A DNA stretch of 64,000 nucleotides from a virus (taxonomy: Duplodnaviria > Caudoviricetes), in IMG/VR virus record IMGVR_UViG_3300025608_000006; one strand, 5' to 3'. Of the stretch, positions 53,933 through 64,000 are shown one piece after another (position 1 is the first letter of the stretch; each line of letters opens with the position of its first letter). The translations under genes were made by a program, and so were the position numbers. The notes under the pieces are model-generated. The model worked only from the letters and a program-made list of their open reading frames with translations. It ran no database searches and was not told the origin of the DNA.

Positions 53933-56008
53933 TTATTCTCCGGTATATATAATGTAATTGACTGCTAAGAAGGGATTCATTACATCGATCGGAGTGCCTA
54001 ACGTAGTGTCTGTTTTTATTCCGCCGCTGCTTGCAATACCTTGTGTACCGCCCAACCCTGGTTCTATCGGCAGAGATATTGCATTATCGTCAACAGGTTC
54101 GCCTGCTCCTACTCTAACTCCGTAAAACTGTGTTCCGCTAGCACCTTCTAAATCGTGTTCGTGTTCTGGTAAATTATCTGTTGTAATTGTTTTTGTTTCT
54201 GTTCCAGCATTTCCGCCAATAGCATCAGCAGCAATGTCTGTAACACGGTTAGCAGCTGGGCCGCCCATATTGTCAAGACCTAATGCAAATCTACCTCTAA
54301 AGTCAGGCAACGTAAATTTAGCAACACCATTATCGCTTACTAAACTAGCATCTTTAAAGTTGTGTCCTATTGCTATCCATAATTCATTATAATCTGATTT
54401 ATTAACTTCTTGGCCATCACAGAGCAACCATCCGTCTGGCGCTTCTTCTCCGCCGAACGGCATCATCGCACCGGCTGGTACAAGCGGAATTGTTTTTAAG
54501 AAGTTGCGTTTGGTAATTCTATAAACACCAGTTGTTCCAGTAGTTACGTTTAATAACAATTCGTCTGCATTTCCTGCATCGTAAGTAACATCTTTATTAC
54601 TAATAAAACTATTTGCAATACTTACTGCGAAGGTTTTTGTACTACCACCAGTTTGTCCATCAAATTCAAAGCTGTTTGGTTCTACGTCACCACTTAGTGC
54701 AAATGTAGTAGCACTAGCTAGTCTATCTGCACTACCTGCTCGTCCACTAACTGTGCCACTTACGTTGCCTTGAATGTTTCCGAAGAATGTAGTAGCATGT
54801 ATTTGTTCGTATTTGTTAATTGCTGTACCAATACTCCTTGATGCATTTTGATCTGGAGCAATATTACCTGTTTGTAATGTGCCTGCCGCAAGGTCACCGT
54901 TACCCTTCATCAGAATGTCGCCGCCTACAACTAAGTTTTGACTGATGCCTACTCCGCCCGATGTTACTAGACTACCATCACTAATAGCTGTAGTGTTTTC
55001 AGTGCTAGTAAGAGTTAATACTCCTGTTTCTGCTTCGCCAGTTTTGGGAGATATTTTAATATTACCTTTAACATCTATTGCTTCTTCTGGAGCACTATTG
55101 TTGAAACCTACATTACCGTCGCCTGTAATACTCATAACAGTTGGTGTTAGGTTTCCGTTTCTCATTCTAATATCAATACTCGAACCACTAGTGTTGTGCT
55201 GAATAACACCAGTCTCGCCATCGATACCTAAACTTAATTGTCCGCCTGTGCCAACTTTAATACCATCATTACTTTTAACACTTAGTTGGTAATCTGTACT
55301 ACTTGCTGCATTTCCTCTTAAAAAATTACTAGCTGCAATAGTTGTACTACCAACAACCAATGCTTCGGCTTTTTCAGCAGTTCCGTAATATTTTAACGGC
55401 TGTAAGTTTACAATAGCCTCGTCTGCAATATTCATGCCAGGATTTATGCCTGTTCTAAATCCCTTGATTGCAATTTTAGGTATAAAACTTTGACTACTGA
55501 TAATAATTACAGGCTGATCTTCAACCTTAATTGTTAATACGTTATAGGTTACGTCATCAATACCTACTAGTGCATCTGCTTGGGCTCCAGTTAAAAGTCC
55601 GTCACTAAAGTCTGGGCCTACTAGTACCCATGCGCTACCTGTAAACAAATATAGTTGTTGACTATCTGTATTAACCCACAAATCTCCAGCACTTGAATTT
55701 GCAACTGCTGGTGCAGAACTTGCTTTTTTAAGGCCGCCGCTTGCAACCCAATTAGTTCCGTCATAAACTTTAAGTTGATCCACTCCGTCTGTCGAATCAT
55801 ACCAAAGCTGCCCTTCTACAGGACGTTCAGGAGCTGTAGTATTTGCAAAGTTTTCTAATAAATGTAAGAAATTTTCGTTTACTGCTTGACCGTATGCTGT
55901 TGTGCCACGACCTGGAAATTTTAATGTTGTTTCGTTATTAAGCGTGTTATCTTGGACATTGATTGTACCTTTATTAACAGTGTCAGTGTAACTTATTGTA
56001 TATGGCAT
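53933..56008 (-). CDS. Tail fibre with phage tail-collar domain
   Basis: VPAGAMMPFGG..APDGWLLCDG..LWIAIG..FTLPDFRGRF and NPFLAVNYIIY collar motifs; shared N-terminal NENFLHLLENF. Confidence 0.85.
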   Translation of the reverse strand: MPYTISYTDTVNKGTINVQDNTLNNETTLKFPGRGTTAYGQAVNENFLHLLENFANTTAPERPVEGQLWYDSTDGVDQLKVYDGTNWVASGGLKKASSAPAVANSSAGDLWVNTDSQQLYLFTGSAWVLVGPDFSDGLLTGAQADALVGIDDVTYNVLTIKVEDQPVIIISSQSFIPKIAIKGFRTGINPGMNIADEAIVNLQPLKYYGTAEKAEALVVGSTTIAASNFLRGNAASSTDYQLSVKSNDGIKVGTGGQLSLGIDGETGVIQHNTSGSSIDIRMRNGNLTPTVMSITGDGNVGFNNSAPEEAIDVKGNIKISPKTGEAETGVLTLTSTENTTAISDGSLVTSGGVGISQNLVVGGDILMKGNGDLAAGTLQTGNIAPDQNASRSIGTAINKYEQIHATTFFGNIQGNVSGTVSGRAGSADRLASATTFALSGDVEPNSFEFDGQTGGSTKTFAVSIANSFISNKDVTYDAGNADELLLNVTTGTTGVYRITKRNFLKTIPLVPAGAMMPFGGEEAPDGWLLCDGQEVNKSDYNELWIAIGHNFKDASLVSDNGVAKFTLPDFRGRFALGLDNMGGPAANRVTDIAADAIGGNAGTETKTITTDNLPEHEHDLEGASGTQFYGVRVGAGEPVDDNAISLPIEPGLGGTQGIASSGGIKTDTTLGTPIDVMNPFLAVNYIIYTGE

Positions 56009-56018
56009 AATTTACTCC

Positions 56019-56621
56019 TTAACCTGCTAAACTTTGTACACGCACTGTGTAATCAATCTGAATTAATCTGTTGAGTGACTTTTGTACTGGATGGAAAATA
56101 ACATGAGTAATTAATCTGCCTGTACCGCTTGTACTATAACTGCGCAATCCTAATTCGTCAAATACATACGGACTGTCGGTTGCACTTGCAGTATCAAATG
56201 CATCTTGTCCATTTGGCTCTCCGTAATCTAACAAACAACTTACAACAATATCAGTATAGTTAGTACCACTTACATGACGTGTTTCTAATTTATTACGTGC
56301 AGGATCAGTATTATTCACACTTCTATCATCAACAACTTTGGTATAGGTTTGGTTGTATAGACTTGCATTTGTGCCTGTGCTGTTAGGTGTTAGGTATGTA
56401 ATAATACCTGTTGGGTCAACACTTGTGCCGCCGTTGCCAAAACTCATTTCATATATAAATCCTTGCCCAGCATTACTTAAACTCTCTGCAAGTGCAAGAC
56501 TCATATTTTCATAATGAATTGCATTGCGCTTGTCAATATATACTTTTTGTGACTCGGGATCGAATATTTTGATATGTCCCTGAACCAATACTCCATTTGT
56601 GTCTTGCATGTTATCGCTCAT
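56019..56621 (-). CDS. Virion structural (baseplate/tail-associated) protein
   Basis: Lies between tail genes; TAAATA at 56646-56641 upstream; LITHVIFHPVQKSLNR. Confidence 0.6.
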   Translation of the reverse strand: MSDNMQDTNGVLVQGHIKIFDPESQKVYIDKRNAIHYENMSLALAESLSNAGQGFIYEMSFGNGGTSVDPTGIITYLTPNSTGTNASLYNQTYTKVVDDRSVNNTDPARNKLETRHVSGTNYTDIVVSCLLDYGEPNGQDAFDTASATDSPYVFDELGLRSYSTSGTGRLITHVIFHPVQKSLNRLIQIDYTVRVQSLAG

Positions 56622-56643
56622 TTAATTTTTTCCTATACTGTAT

Positions 56644-59600
56644 TTATTCAGGCAGCGCACTTGTTCCTGCACGTAAGAACCTTGCAATTGAATTTTCTGA
56701 ATCACTTAATGATACGCCGTCATCTGTCCAGGCTCGGCCAACTTTTTTAACAACTGTTACTCTTGTATCTTGTGCAGGAGCAGTAGCTAGAGTAATTTCG
56801 TTTGTATCTGCATCAAACGTAAAGTCTGCTACTATTGTTGTATCGCCTTCTGGACTATCTAGTGCTGCGGTGTAATCAAAGACATCTAATGGTGTCTTAC
56901 GCATACGTGTTCCTGCAACAAACACTTCAATTTCGTTAATTGACGATACTGGGTAACTAACTTCAAAAGTAGTTGTTAGTCCGTCTGCTGTAGTGTTAGA
57001 TACCAATGTTTGATCTTTATATGGAACAGTTTTGCCTATATTTTGGTCAAACACATCGGTATTTACATCATATGTATCTTTGACTCCTGTCCCCAATGTT
57101 CCTCTACGAAGTTGACGTAATGTATTTTCTTCTTTAACAAAATATTCAATACGCTCACCTTCGATAAAGATTACGCCTGGCAAATTTCGACTTTTATTTG
57201 GTTCTGATAAATTAAATGCATTATCTAACTCAATTCTTAAATCATAATAATTTAGTGCCTGTGCTAGTTTAGCAGTTGATTTTTCTAAACGTTTGAAATG
57301 TGTTCTATTAAGCATATCTTTAAACTGTCGGTAAGCAAACTTAGGCTTGCTTGCTGCAGATGTAAAGTGAATAACGTCTATAACAGCATCTGCATCCGGA
57401 CGCCTAACTAATTGTAATTTTAATTTATCGTCTGTAATATAATAATCAACGCTAGGCGATAATAGTTCACCATTTACAGCAACCCAGACATACTGTGCAT
57501 CAATTGCAGGCGATCTTAGTGTAATTTCTCCAACTGTCAGTCTATTATAAGTGATGTAATCTACATCTTCTGGAATCAACGTAGTTCTCGATACAACATC
57601 ATAATTAATACGTTCAATTCCTAATAAATTATGATTAGTAAATTGAATTATTTCAATCGTTGAATTGTCAGCAGGAACATCGTCTAATGTAATAGTAGAT
57701 CCATTTATTCTATAATCTCCATCAGTAATTACATACATTTCTAGTGTATCTCCTGGTGAGCCAATATCATCAGAAAGTGTAATATTACTATTTGCAATTT
57801 CAAAACGCCAGTCTAATGGTGTTGATAGTTCTGATCCGTTTAAAAATACCTTAACATCTTGAACATCTAAACTACCCTGTGGCATTTGGAATATCTCAAA
57901 CGGGTATTCACGCTGACTATTTTGAGGTATTGTATATTTGACATTGTATCCTGCATTTAAAATTAAGTTATCAACTTTAACCAGAACGTTGTGTTCTGAT
58001 GGAATTGCGTAAAGAGGAGCATTTGATAAGTTGAACTCATTGGTTACACCGTCACCTGTAAAGGTGTCTTTGGTAATTTGACTATAATTAACTTGCTCAT
58101 CTGCTGAGAATACTGTGTAATTAATTACAGCACCGTCGGCAACAACTTCTTCAAATCTGATAACAGTTTTAGGTGTTGTTTCTGATGCAAATGCTGCAAC
58201 TGTTTGTTGTACACCGTTAATACTTGCATACACACTTGCTCCATCTTCCCAGTCGACTGTTGTCTCAAATTCAGTAGTCGATCCGTCGCCTAGTAATTTT
58301 CCAAAGTCTAACAAATTTTGTGTGCCTTGAGATACTGTTACAATATTCAGTTCTGCTCCGACTGTTGCACTATCAAGTGTTACAGTGTTTGCACTCCAAT
58401 CAATAGTATAATCAGTCTGCGGAAGTATAACATCTGCAACTTTTACAATCACTGCATTGCTGCTATTCGGAATAACACCTAAATCATAAGTTAGTGTGCT
58501 ATCCATAATGTAGCTCTGACTGTTGATAACGCCTTGACCTTCACTGTCTCTTGTGTAAACTTTAATATCTAGTGTGTCAAGAATTTGTCCTGGAACAACT
58601 TCTTCAGGACCGCTGCTTGTAGTAGGTGTAACAAATCCATCACCATCTACAATAATTTCTTCTGCTGCAATACCACGTGCTGATGTATAAGCTAAGTCGC
58701 CGCCTGTAAGTGCTGTATCGTAACTTTCTAGATCAGGTATAACACTGCCGTCGCTGGTTGTTTTTCTTACTACAAAAACATCGCCGTCTAACAAGCTTAT
58801 GCCAAGATCCTGTACATATACAACGTCAGTAGTGCCGTCGCCTGTAATACTGTTTGTGATAGCATATACGTTTGTTGGTGTTCCTTCATCATAATTTGGA
58901 TCGTCAATTCTTACACCGTTCTTGTAAAGGTTATAAACAACGCCATCTTCTAAAGGTTCGCTAAGTTGTACTGCAATTGTCGATCCGTCTGCTGTAAACA
59001 CTTCGTCTTCAAAAGTGTCATCAAACTCGTCCCAATTATCAGTGTACCAAGGCTGACTGTCAAACCCGCTTGGGCTCGAAAAATCAAAGCTACGCACTTC
59101 AACGCCACCGTAATCAACACCAGACATCAGTTGTGCTAAGTCATTGCCGTACATTCCTGCAATCGGAGTGTACGCAAATTTAATTCTGTCTTCTGCACTT
59201 AGCATACTCAACGGAATAACATATTCGATACGAATTACTGAATTTAATTTTGGAGGAGTTGTAAATAGTACTTTACCCTGTTCTCTAGCATAAGATTTAT
59301 CAGTATTTTCAATATTTTCGTATGTATATTTGCTACGTAGTTGTAAAATATTATCCACATATACCTTAATTTTCGTGTTACTAAGATCCATTGGCCATTC
59401 GAGGAAGAATCTATTTTCGAATCCAGTACCTGTGAATGTTTCTGTTTTAGCAAGAGTGTCAAATGTAAATGTTCCACTTGTTCTATCGAATTTAATTTTA
59501 ACAAGAGGACTTCTTACCAATCCATTACCTAACACTGCTGTTGCTCTTGCAGGTGTTCCAGTTTCTAACTGTGAGCCAGAAATTACAACAGTTGGTGCAG

Positions 59601-62600
59601 TAGTATATCCGGTTCCTGGATTGGTTATTTTGATACTAGTTATAGATCCATAACCTAAATACGCTTTAGCAGTTGCTCCGGTGCCGCCTCCGCCTACTAA
59701 TGTAATAATCGGTTCAAATGTAAATCCTGAGCCACCGTCTCCGATTTTGATTTCTGTTATTTGATAGCCGATATTGTCTTTCCAATGTTTGCGAGGGTAC
59801 GTTGTAGTATCTAAATTTTCATCAACTATTTCACCGTTAACTATTTTTGCGTTACTAGCTTCGATTGTTTTAGAAGTTTTATTGTATACTGGAGAAAGAT
59901 CAAAGTCACTAATACTGCTATTTGTAGGATCAATAGCATTATATTCGCTAACAAACTCTCTAATCTTTGTCGAATACGGTTTAAATTCTTCTACAAAATC
60001 TTGATAGCTTTGTAAATTATCATTATTAAATGTTATGTCTTGCTTACTCAACGATTCTCTGTTATGTGTTGCTTTTACAAAACTAGTTTTAAACATCCAA
60101 TCTACAGATTGCTGCTCTGCCATTACATAACGTAATGCAGCTATAAATAATTGATTATACTCTGTTTCTAAATCTCCAACAAAAATATTATCTCTAATAG
60201 TTTCAAGTATGATTCTTATTTCTATACTAGGAGTATTATCATAAAAATTACTATCAAAACTTCTGTTGTCAAAACCTACAGTGTTTTTACCATAGTCATA
60301 CAAGGTATCATTAAATTGTATTGTACCGTTTTGTCTGCCAATAACATCGTAGTTAATTGTATAATCTTCACTATCTTGATCATCTATTTTTTGCAACAAT
60401 AGCCAGCCGCCGCTACCTACTGTTTCAATTTTGACAATATCGCCAATATTATTTTGTAGACTAGGCAGTTCATAAGACCCTTGAATTATATCATTAATAT
60501 TAGTAAATTGATTATATCCGTCTGCAAACCAATCTGTATATCTCCAATAAGATTCTACATTATAACTTTGTAATTTTCTTCTATACCATTCCTTACCGTC
60601 CCACGAGTACAACGCCCACTTGTCTTGTATAGTTTCATCTGCATTTACTAATACTGTAAATGGGCGAACAGTTATTGTAGTATTACTATTATAACCTTCT
60701 CCTGTATTAGTAAGTTGCACATCGATTATTTGTCCTAAATTATTAATTTCAATATCGAAATCAACGTTTGAACCAGTGCCATTAACTTTGAAACTAGGAG
60801 CAACTTTGTAGCCTCTGCCAGGATCTGTGATATTAATTCTAGAAATACGACCATTAATTACTACAGGTGTTAGTATTGCAGGAACAATTTTATTTGTACT
60901 TACAAATGCAAGTTCTGAGAATGTATCAATTGTTAAGTCGTACTCTCTAGAAATTTCTGTAGGCGCTGCATCTAGCTGTGTTAGTGCAGATATGTCGTAT
61001 TCGTCAACTACTAAAGTTTCTAACAATTTTAGGTTTATTCTTTCAATTGTCTGCTTTAGTGCTTCAAAGCGGTTAACAAACATGCTCTGTCTTGGACGAT
61101 TTTGTACGCCGTAACGATTTTTAACAGTAATAGTAGGATCTGGTACAATTCTGTTGTTGTCGTCAAAACCAATTAAACTATCAAACCATTTGCGCTCGAT
61201 ATCAGGATCAGGTTTGCTTGTCTTTAATCCATCTGATATTAATTTGTATTGACTATGAACATTTTGAGTTTTCTTTGGACCCGTTGAATATTTAATGTTT
61301 AGTACTAAGTCGTCGTTGTCGACAAATGTATCAAAATTGTTAAGCACAAACTTATTGTTAGAAAGTAGACTCAAGAATGGATATCCTTGAGTTCTTGGAT
61401 TTTCTATAAGAGCAGCAATATCTCTAATGCTTAACCTTCTGTTTTCCATTACAGGAACAGTAACTTTGTTAACTACCCAGAAGTAATATTTGTTGCTAAA
61501 TGTTTTGCTTACTTCATCGTATATAATTTTGGTAGAATATCTAGTATCGCCAAACAAACTTGTTCCGCTAATTTTAGATACAATTCCACTAGGTGTATCT
61601 GCAATACTATCCCAGATACTAGGAATATAATTACTTTCAACCCATTCATAAACGTCAATTCTTGATCCAGGCACTAGCTTATTCCAATTATTTTTTTGGA
61701 ATGTTGTAGATCCTTGATACGCATGTGTAAATTTAGCAGTTCCAATATTCCACCAAACTTGTCCTGTATGTTTATCTGTCCAAGCTCTGTTTGGATCAAC
61801 TGAACTGTCCGATGTATTTCCTGTATTATATACTGCTGGATCGAAAGAAGTTTTAAATGTAATTTCTTGATCTGCTGGGCCTGCTATTTTTCCTTGTACT
61901 GGATCAATATAATCAATATAACTTACAAGTTTATTCTCACGCTTGTTATATAAAAATGCTCCTCTAATGTTATCTACATCTACTGGAGTTATTCCTTCAC
62001 TTATAACGTTCCATGCAAATGTATTTGCATTTTTTCTAAAGTCGAGTAATGTTCCTTTATTTTCGTTGCTTACTTGGTCTGGCATTCCGATGTAAACGTG
62101 GTTGCCGTTAGCATAAACGTTTTCGCCGAATGTTGTTTGTGTTAGTGGGTATACAAACTGCTCTGAGTATATTAAGTTTTCGTTAACAGTTTCGTAAACG
62201 TAAACAACACCTTTGTCTAGTTTAATGTTTCTAAAGTTTGTAAATTCGTTATCAAACGTAGTTGCGGTTTCTTCAGTGTCAGCATATACTGCAACGTCAA
62301 ACGTAGTTGGAATTGTTTGATCGCCGTTTAAACTCGACACTACCAAGTTGTCTGCGCCAAAATCTAATCCAAATCCAAAGCCTTCGCTTTCTTCGTTGTT
62401 AGGCGGTGTTAGTGTTTGTGTCAGTACAAATACACCGTCCGTTTGTGTGTAGACATATACAACACCTTGATTAATTTTATTAGTATCTACTAACATTGAA
62501 CTAATTGCAATCTGTGTTCCCGCAGGATTTATTGCAACTTTGTCTGCCCAGCCTGTGACATTATCAGGAGCAGATATTATTTGGTCTATTTGGAACTGAT

Positions 62601-63999
62601 CACCAACTGCACGATAAATTGCTATTTTGGTGTCTGTTGTACTATCTGTTTGTACTTGCTTAGTAGTTACAACTAATACTTGCGAATCTTCGCTTATGCT
62701 AAAACTTTTACTAAACTCGATTAAATTGTCAATCGGATCAAAGACTTCTTCATTATAAAATCTAGTGGATGTTAAGTTTGGCAAGTAACCTAAATAATCA
62801 ATATTTGTACTTATTGACTCCCATAAATCATTTGTATCGGAAGGCTCAGTGGCTCCTATTGATATGTTTGTTAGTGCTTTCCAAAGTTTATTGTTTCTTG
62901 AAACAATACTACCCAATCTGTAAGAATATGTATTATCAAATTCACCACGATAATTAGAATCTTTTCCGTGTTTCCAACTAATTTTATCCCAATAAATCGG
63001 ATCTAGTATAACATTTTGTGCGTTGCTAGTTGCTTTGCGGCAAATATAGTAATCATCCCTATATATTACAATGTCGCCGATTTGATAAGAGGTTAATTTA
63101 TATTCGCCTTTAAAGCTATCTGTAGACTTAGTACCATGACGGAAAATTTCGATTGCACCAGGATGCGTTCTTCTAAGATTGTCCGGGCCTATATCAGCAA
63201 TACTGTCACTGCCTACTAATAACGTGTAATAGTTTCCTGTTTGTGTAATAGAAACTTTGGAGCCAAAATATCTATTCGGAGCTCTGTATTCAGAAACAAA
63301 TAGATTTTGGAATCTATAACTACCGTCAGGCAATTTTCTATAAATTGCAACAGCGCCTTCATTTGTTAGTGCAGGACTTGTTCCAAATTTATCAGCAGGA
63401 ATGTGATAAATTTGTGTATAGTCTTTATTTAAACTATACGGAGGATTAGATAGTCTCTGTATTCCAGATTCTGTAGTTTCGTCAAAGAACCAGTATTCTT
63501 CATCAAGTATACTCGGATTATCAACTATATTAAAATCACTAGTGTTTTCAAATACTAGTAATTTTCCAACTATTTGATTTCCTAATATAATATTATTGTT
63601 TATATCTGATACTGTTCCAATTGTACGATCAACATCAGTTACGCCGCGCAGTGCAGTATTTGCTGTTCTACGTATTTGATAGCGACCAATATTAGATTGT
63701 TCTAGCCATTCTCCTGTTAGCACTTTTAGGTAAACTCTAACACTGTTAAAATTACGTTTTAAAAACACTACTTCGGCACTACTTGTAGTAATTGTAGTTA
63801 ATGCTAGGCCACCTTGACCGTCACGCGGTGTTTGCACATCTTCAATTACATCTCCAACTTGTGGCTCAAATGCAAATCCTGAGAAATCAAATTCAGTTAA
63901 GTCGAAATCAATATAACCGTCCCAAATATCAACAATTGTTTGTTGCTTGTTTAAGATATCATATGAAAATCCTGCAGATGCAACGTCGATAATTCTATT
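56644..63999 (-). CDS. Very large virion protein, baseplate-wedge-like (>2450 aa, 5'-truncated)
   Basis: Frame stays open from 63837 to the window edge (NRIIDVASAG...). Contains FG-x-S-V beta-propeller-like blades, GGSG..A.A Ig-like repeats and a C-terminal EGERIEY..LRRGTLGT motif. Confidence 0.7.
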   Translation of the reverse strand, partial: NRIIDVASAGFSYDILNKQQTIVDIWDGYIDFDLTEFDFSGFAFEPQVGDVIEDVQTPRDGQGGLALTTITTSSAEVVFLKRNFNSVRVYLKVLTGEWLEQSNIGRYQIRRTANTALRGVTDVDRTIGTVSDINNNIILGNQIVGKLLVFENTSDFNIVDNPSILDEEYWFFDETTESGIQRLSNPPYSLNKDYTQIYHIPADKFGTSPALTNEGAVAIYRKLPDGSYRFQNLFVSEYRAPNRYFGSKVSITQTGNYYTLLVGSDSIADIGPDNLRRTHPGAIEIFRHGTKSTDSFKGEYKLTSYQIGDIVIYRDDYYICRKATSNAQNVILDPIYWDKISWKHGKDSNYRGEFDNTYSYRLGSIVSRNNKLWKALTNISIGATEPSDTNDLWESISTNIDYLGYLPNLTSTRFYNEEVFDPIDNLIEFSKSFSISEDSQVLVVTTKQVQTDSTTDTKIAIYRAVGDQFQIDQIISAPDNVTGWADKVAINPAGTQIAISSMLVDTNKINQGVVYVYTQTDGVFVLTQTLTPPNNEESEGFGFGLDFGADNLVVSSLNGDQTIPTTFDVAVYADTEETATTFDNEFTNFRNIKLDKGVVYVYETVNENLIYSEQFVYPLTQTTFGENVYANGNHVYIGMPDQVSNENKGTLLDFRKNANTFAWNVISEGITPVDVDNIRGAFLYNKRENKLVSYIDYIDPVQGKIAGPADQEITFKTSFDPAVYNTGNTSDSSVDPNRAWTDKHTGQVWWNIGTAKFTHAYQGSTTFQKNNWNKLVPGSRIDVYEWVESNYIPSIWDSIADTPSGIVSKISGTSLFGDTRYSTKIIYDEVSKTFSNKYYFWVVNKVTVPVMENRRLSIRDIAALIENPRTQGYPFLSLLSNNKFVLNNFDTFVDNDDLVLNIKYSTGPKKTQNVHSQYKLISDGLKTSKPDPDIERKWFDSLIGFDDNNRIVPDPTITVKNRYGVQNRPRQSMFVNRFEALKQTIERINLKLLETLVVDEYDISALTQLDAAPTEISREYDLTIDTFSELAFVSTNKIVPAILTPVVINGRISRINITDPGRGYKVAPSFKVNGTGSNVDFDIEINNLGQIIDVQLTNTGEGYNSNTTITVRPFTVLVNADETIQDKWALYSWDGKEWYRRKLQSYNVESYWRYTDWFADGYNQFTNINDIIQGSYELPSLQNNIGDIVKIETVGSGGWLLLQKIDDQDSEDYTINYDVIGRQNGTIQFNDTLYDYGKNTVGFDNRSFDSNFYDNTPSIEIRIILETIRDNIFVGDLETEYNQLFIAALRYVMAEQQSVDWMFKTSFVKATHNRESLSKQDITFNNDNLQSYQDFVEEFKPYSTKIREFVSEYNAIDPTNSSISDFDLSPVYNKTSKTIEASNAKIVNGEIVDENLDTTTYPRKHWKDNIGYQITEIKIGDGGSGFTFEPIITLVGGGGTGATAKAYLGYGSITSIKITNPGTGYTTAPTVVISGSQLETGTPARATAVLGNGLVRSPLVKIKFDRTSGTFTFDTLAKTETFTGTGFENRFFLEWPMDLSNTKIKVYVDNILQLRSKYTYENIENTDKSYAREQGKVLFTTPPKLNSVIRIEYVIPLSMLSAEDRIKFAYTPIAGMYGNDLAQLMSGVDYGGVEVRSFDFSSPSGFDSQPWYTDNWDEFDDTFEDEVFTADGSTIAVQLSEPLEDGVVYNLYKNGVRIDDPNYDEGTPTNVYAITNSITGDGTTDVVYVQDLGISLLDGDVFVVRKTTSDGSVIPDLESYDTALTGGDLAYTSARGIAAEEIIVDGDGFVTPTTSSGPEEVVPGQILDTLDIKVYTRDSEGQGVINSQSYIMDSTLTYDLGVIPNSSNAVIVKVADVILPQTDYTIDWSANTVTLDSATVGAELNIVTVSQGTQNLLDFGKLLGDGSTTEFETTVDWEDGASVYASINGVQQTVAAFASETTPKTVIRFEEVVADGAVINYTVFSADEQVNYSQITKDTFTGDGVTNEFNLSNAPLYAIPSEHNVLVKVDNLILNAGYNVKYTIPQNSQREYPFEIFQMPQGSLDVQDVKVFLNGSELSTPLDWRFEIANSNITLSDDIGSPGDTLEMYVITDGDYRINGSTITLDDVPADNSTIEIIQFTNHNLLGIERINYDVVSRTTLIPEDVDYITYNRLTVGEITLRSPAIDAQYVWVAVNGELLSPSVDYYITDDKLKLQLVRRPDADAVIDVIHFTSAASKPKFAYRQFKDMLNRTHFKRLEKSTAKLAQALNYYDLRIELDNAFNLSEPNKSRNLPGVIFIEGERIEYFVKEENTLRQLRRGTLGTGVKDTYDVNTDVFDQNIGKTVPYKDQTLVSNTTADGLTTTFEVSYPVSSINEIEVFVAGTRMRKTPLDVFDYTAALDSPEGDTTIVADFTFDADTNEITLATAPAQDTRVTVVKKVGRAWTDDGVSLSDSENSIARFLRAGTSALPE

Positions 64000-64000
64000 G

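Noticed and set aside
518-63992. Numerous 60-130 aa ORFs antisense or out-of-frame to large genes (e.g. 2576-2893, 8586-8969, 32322-32768, 59330-59653)
   Set aside because: They are fully nested in well-supported CDSs, lack start signals and recognisable motifs, and are best explained as shadow ORFs.
1-64000. Stop-codon reassignment (as in some large phages)
   Set aside because: Recognisable genes are full-length and tightly abutting in the standard code, and TAA, TGA and TAG all act as stops.
1-64000. CRISPR array, tRNA or rRNA genes
   Set aside because: No regularly spaced repeat-spacer pattern was seen, and intergenic gaps are mostly under 120 bp with no cloverleaf-like sequence noticed. 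A tRNAscan run would be definitive.

Overview
This window is a 64-kb, AT-rich, densely coding fragment of a large lytic dsDNA phage, most likely a T4-like jumbo myovirus (inferred from the T4-type RNase H, TATAAATA/TAAATA late promoters and tail/baseplate genes). It reads cleanly in the standard code, and I saw no rRNA, tRNA, CRISPR array, integrase or transposase. There are three blocks. (1) 1-11 kb, + strand: a 5'-truncated glycosyltransferase, a type I phosphoribosyltransferase, folE and queE (7-deazaguanine precursor synthesis), RNase H/5'-3' exonuclease, a MoxR-type AAA+ ATPase/VWA-metallopeptidase pair and hypothetical genes, driven by near-consensus sigma70 promoters. (2) 12.3-48.5 kb: an accessory island of about 40 tailoring enzymes lying between a tail-fibre gene and the tail/baseplate module. 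It holds 11 radical SAM proteins (two with a Tes/MJ0619-type N-terminal metal site, one B12-binding, eight with SPASM/twitch-like Cys domains), about 10 2OG-Fe(II) oxygenase-like proteins, a flavin halogenase-family protein, a minimal adenylating enzyme and a QueC-like ATP pyrophosphatase. It also holds methyl- and acetyltransferases, two kinase-fold proteins, two SGNH-like proteins, a UDP-sugar dehydrogenase, an epimerase and 4-5 glycosyltransferase-like proteins. Many island genes start exactly 5 nt after a late-promoter hexamer with no Shine-Dalgarno, and two divergent promoter pairs are perfect inverted repeats. (3) 48.5-64 kb, - strand: virion structural genes, including three tail proteins sharing an N-terminal domain and a >2450-aa baseplate-like protein running off the window. 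All functional calls rest on motifs recognised by eye; no database search was run.
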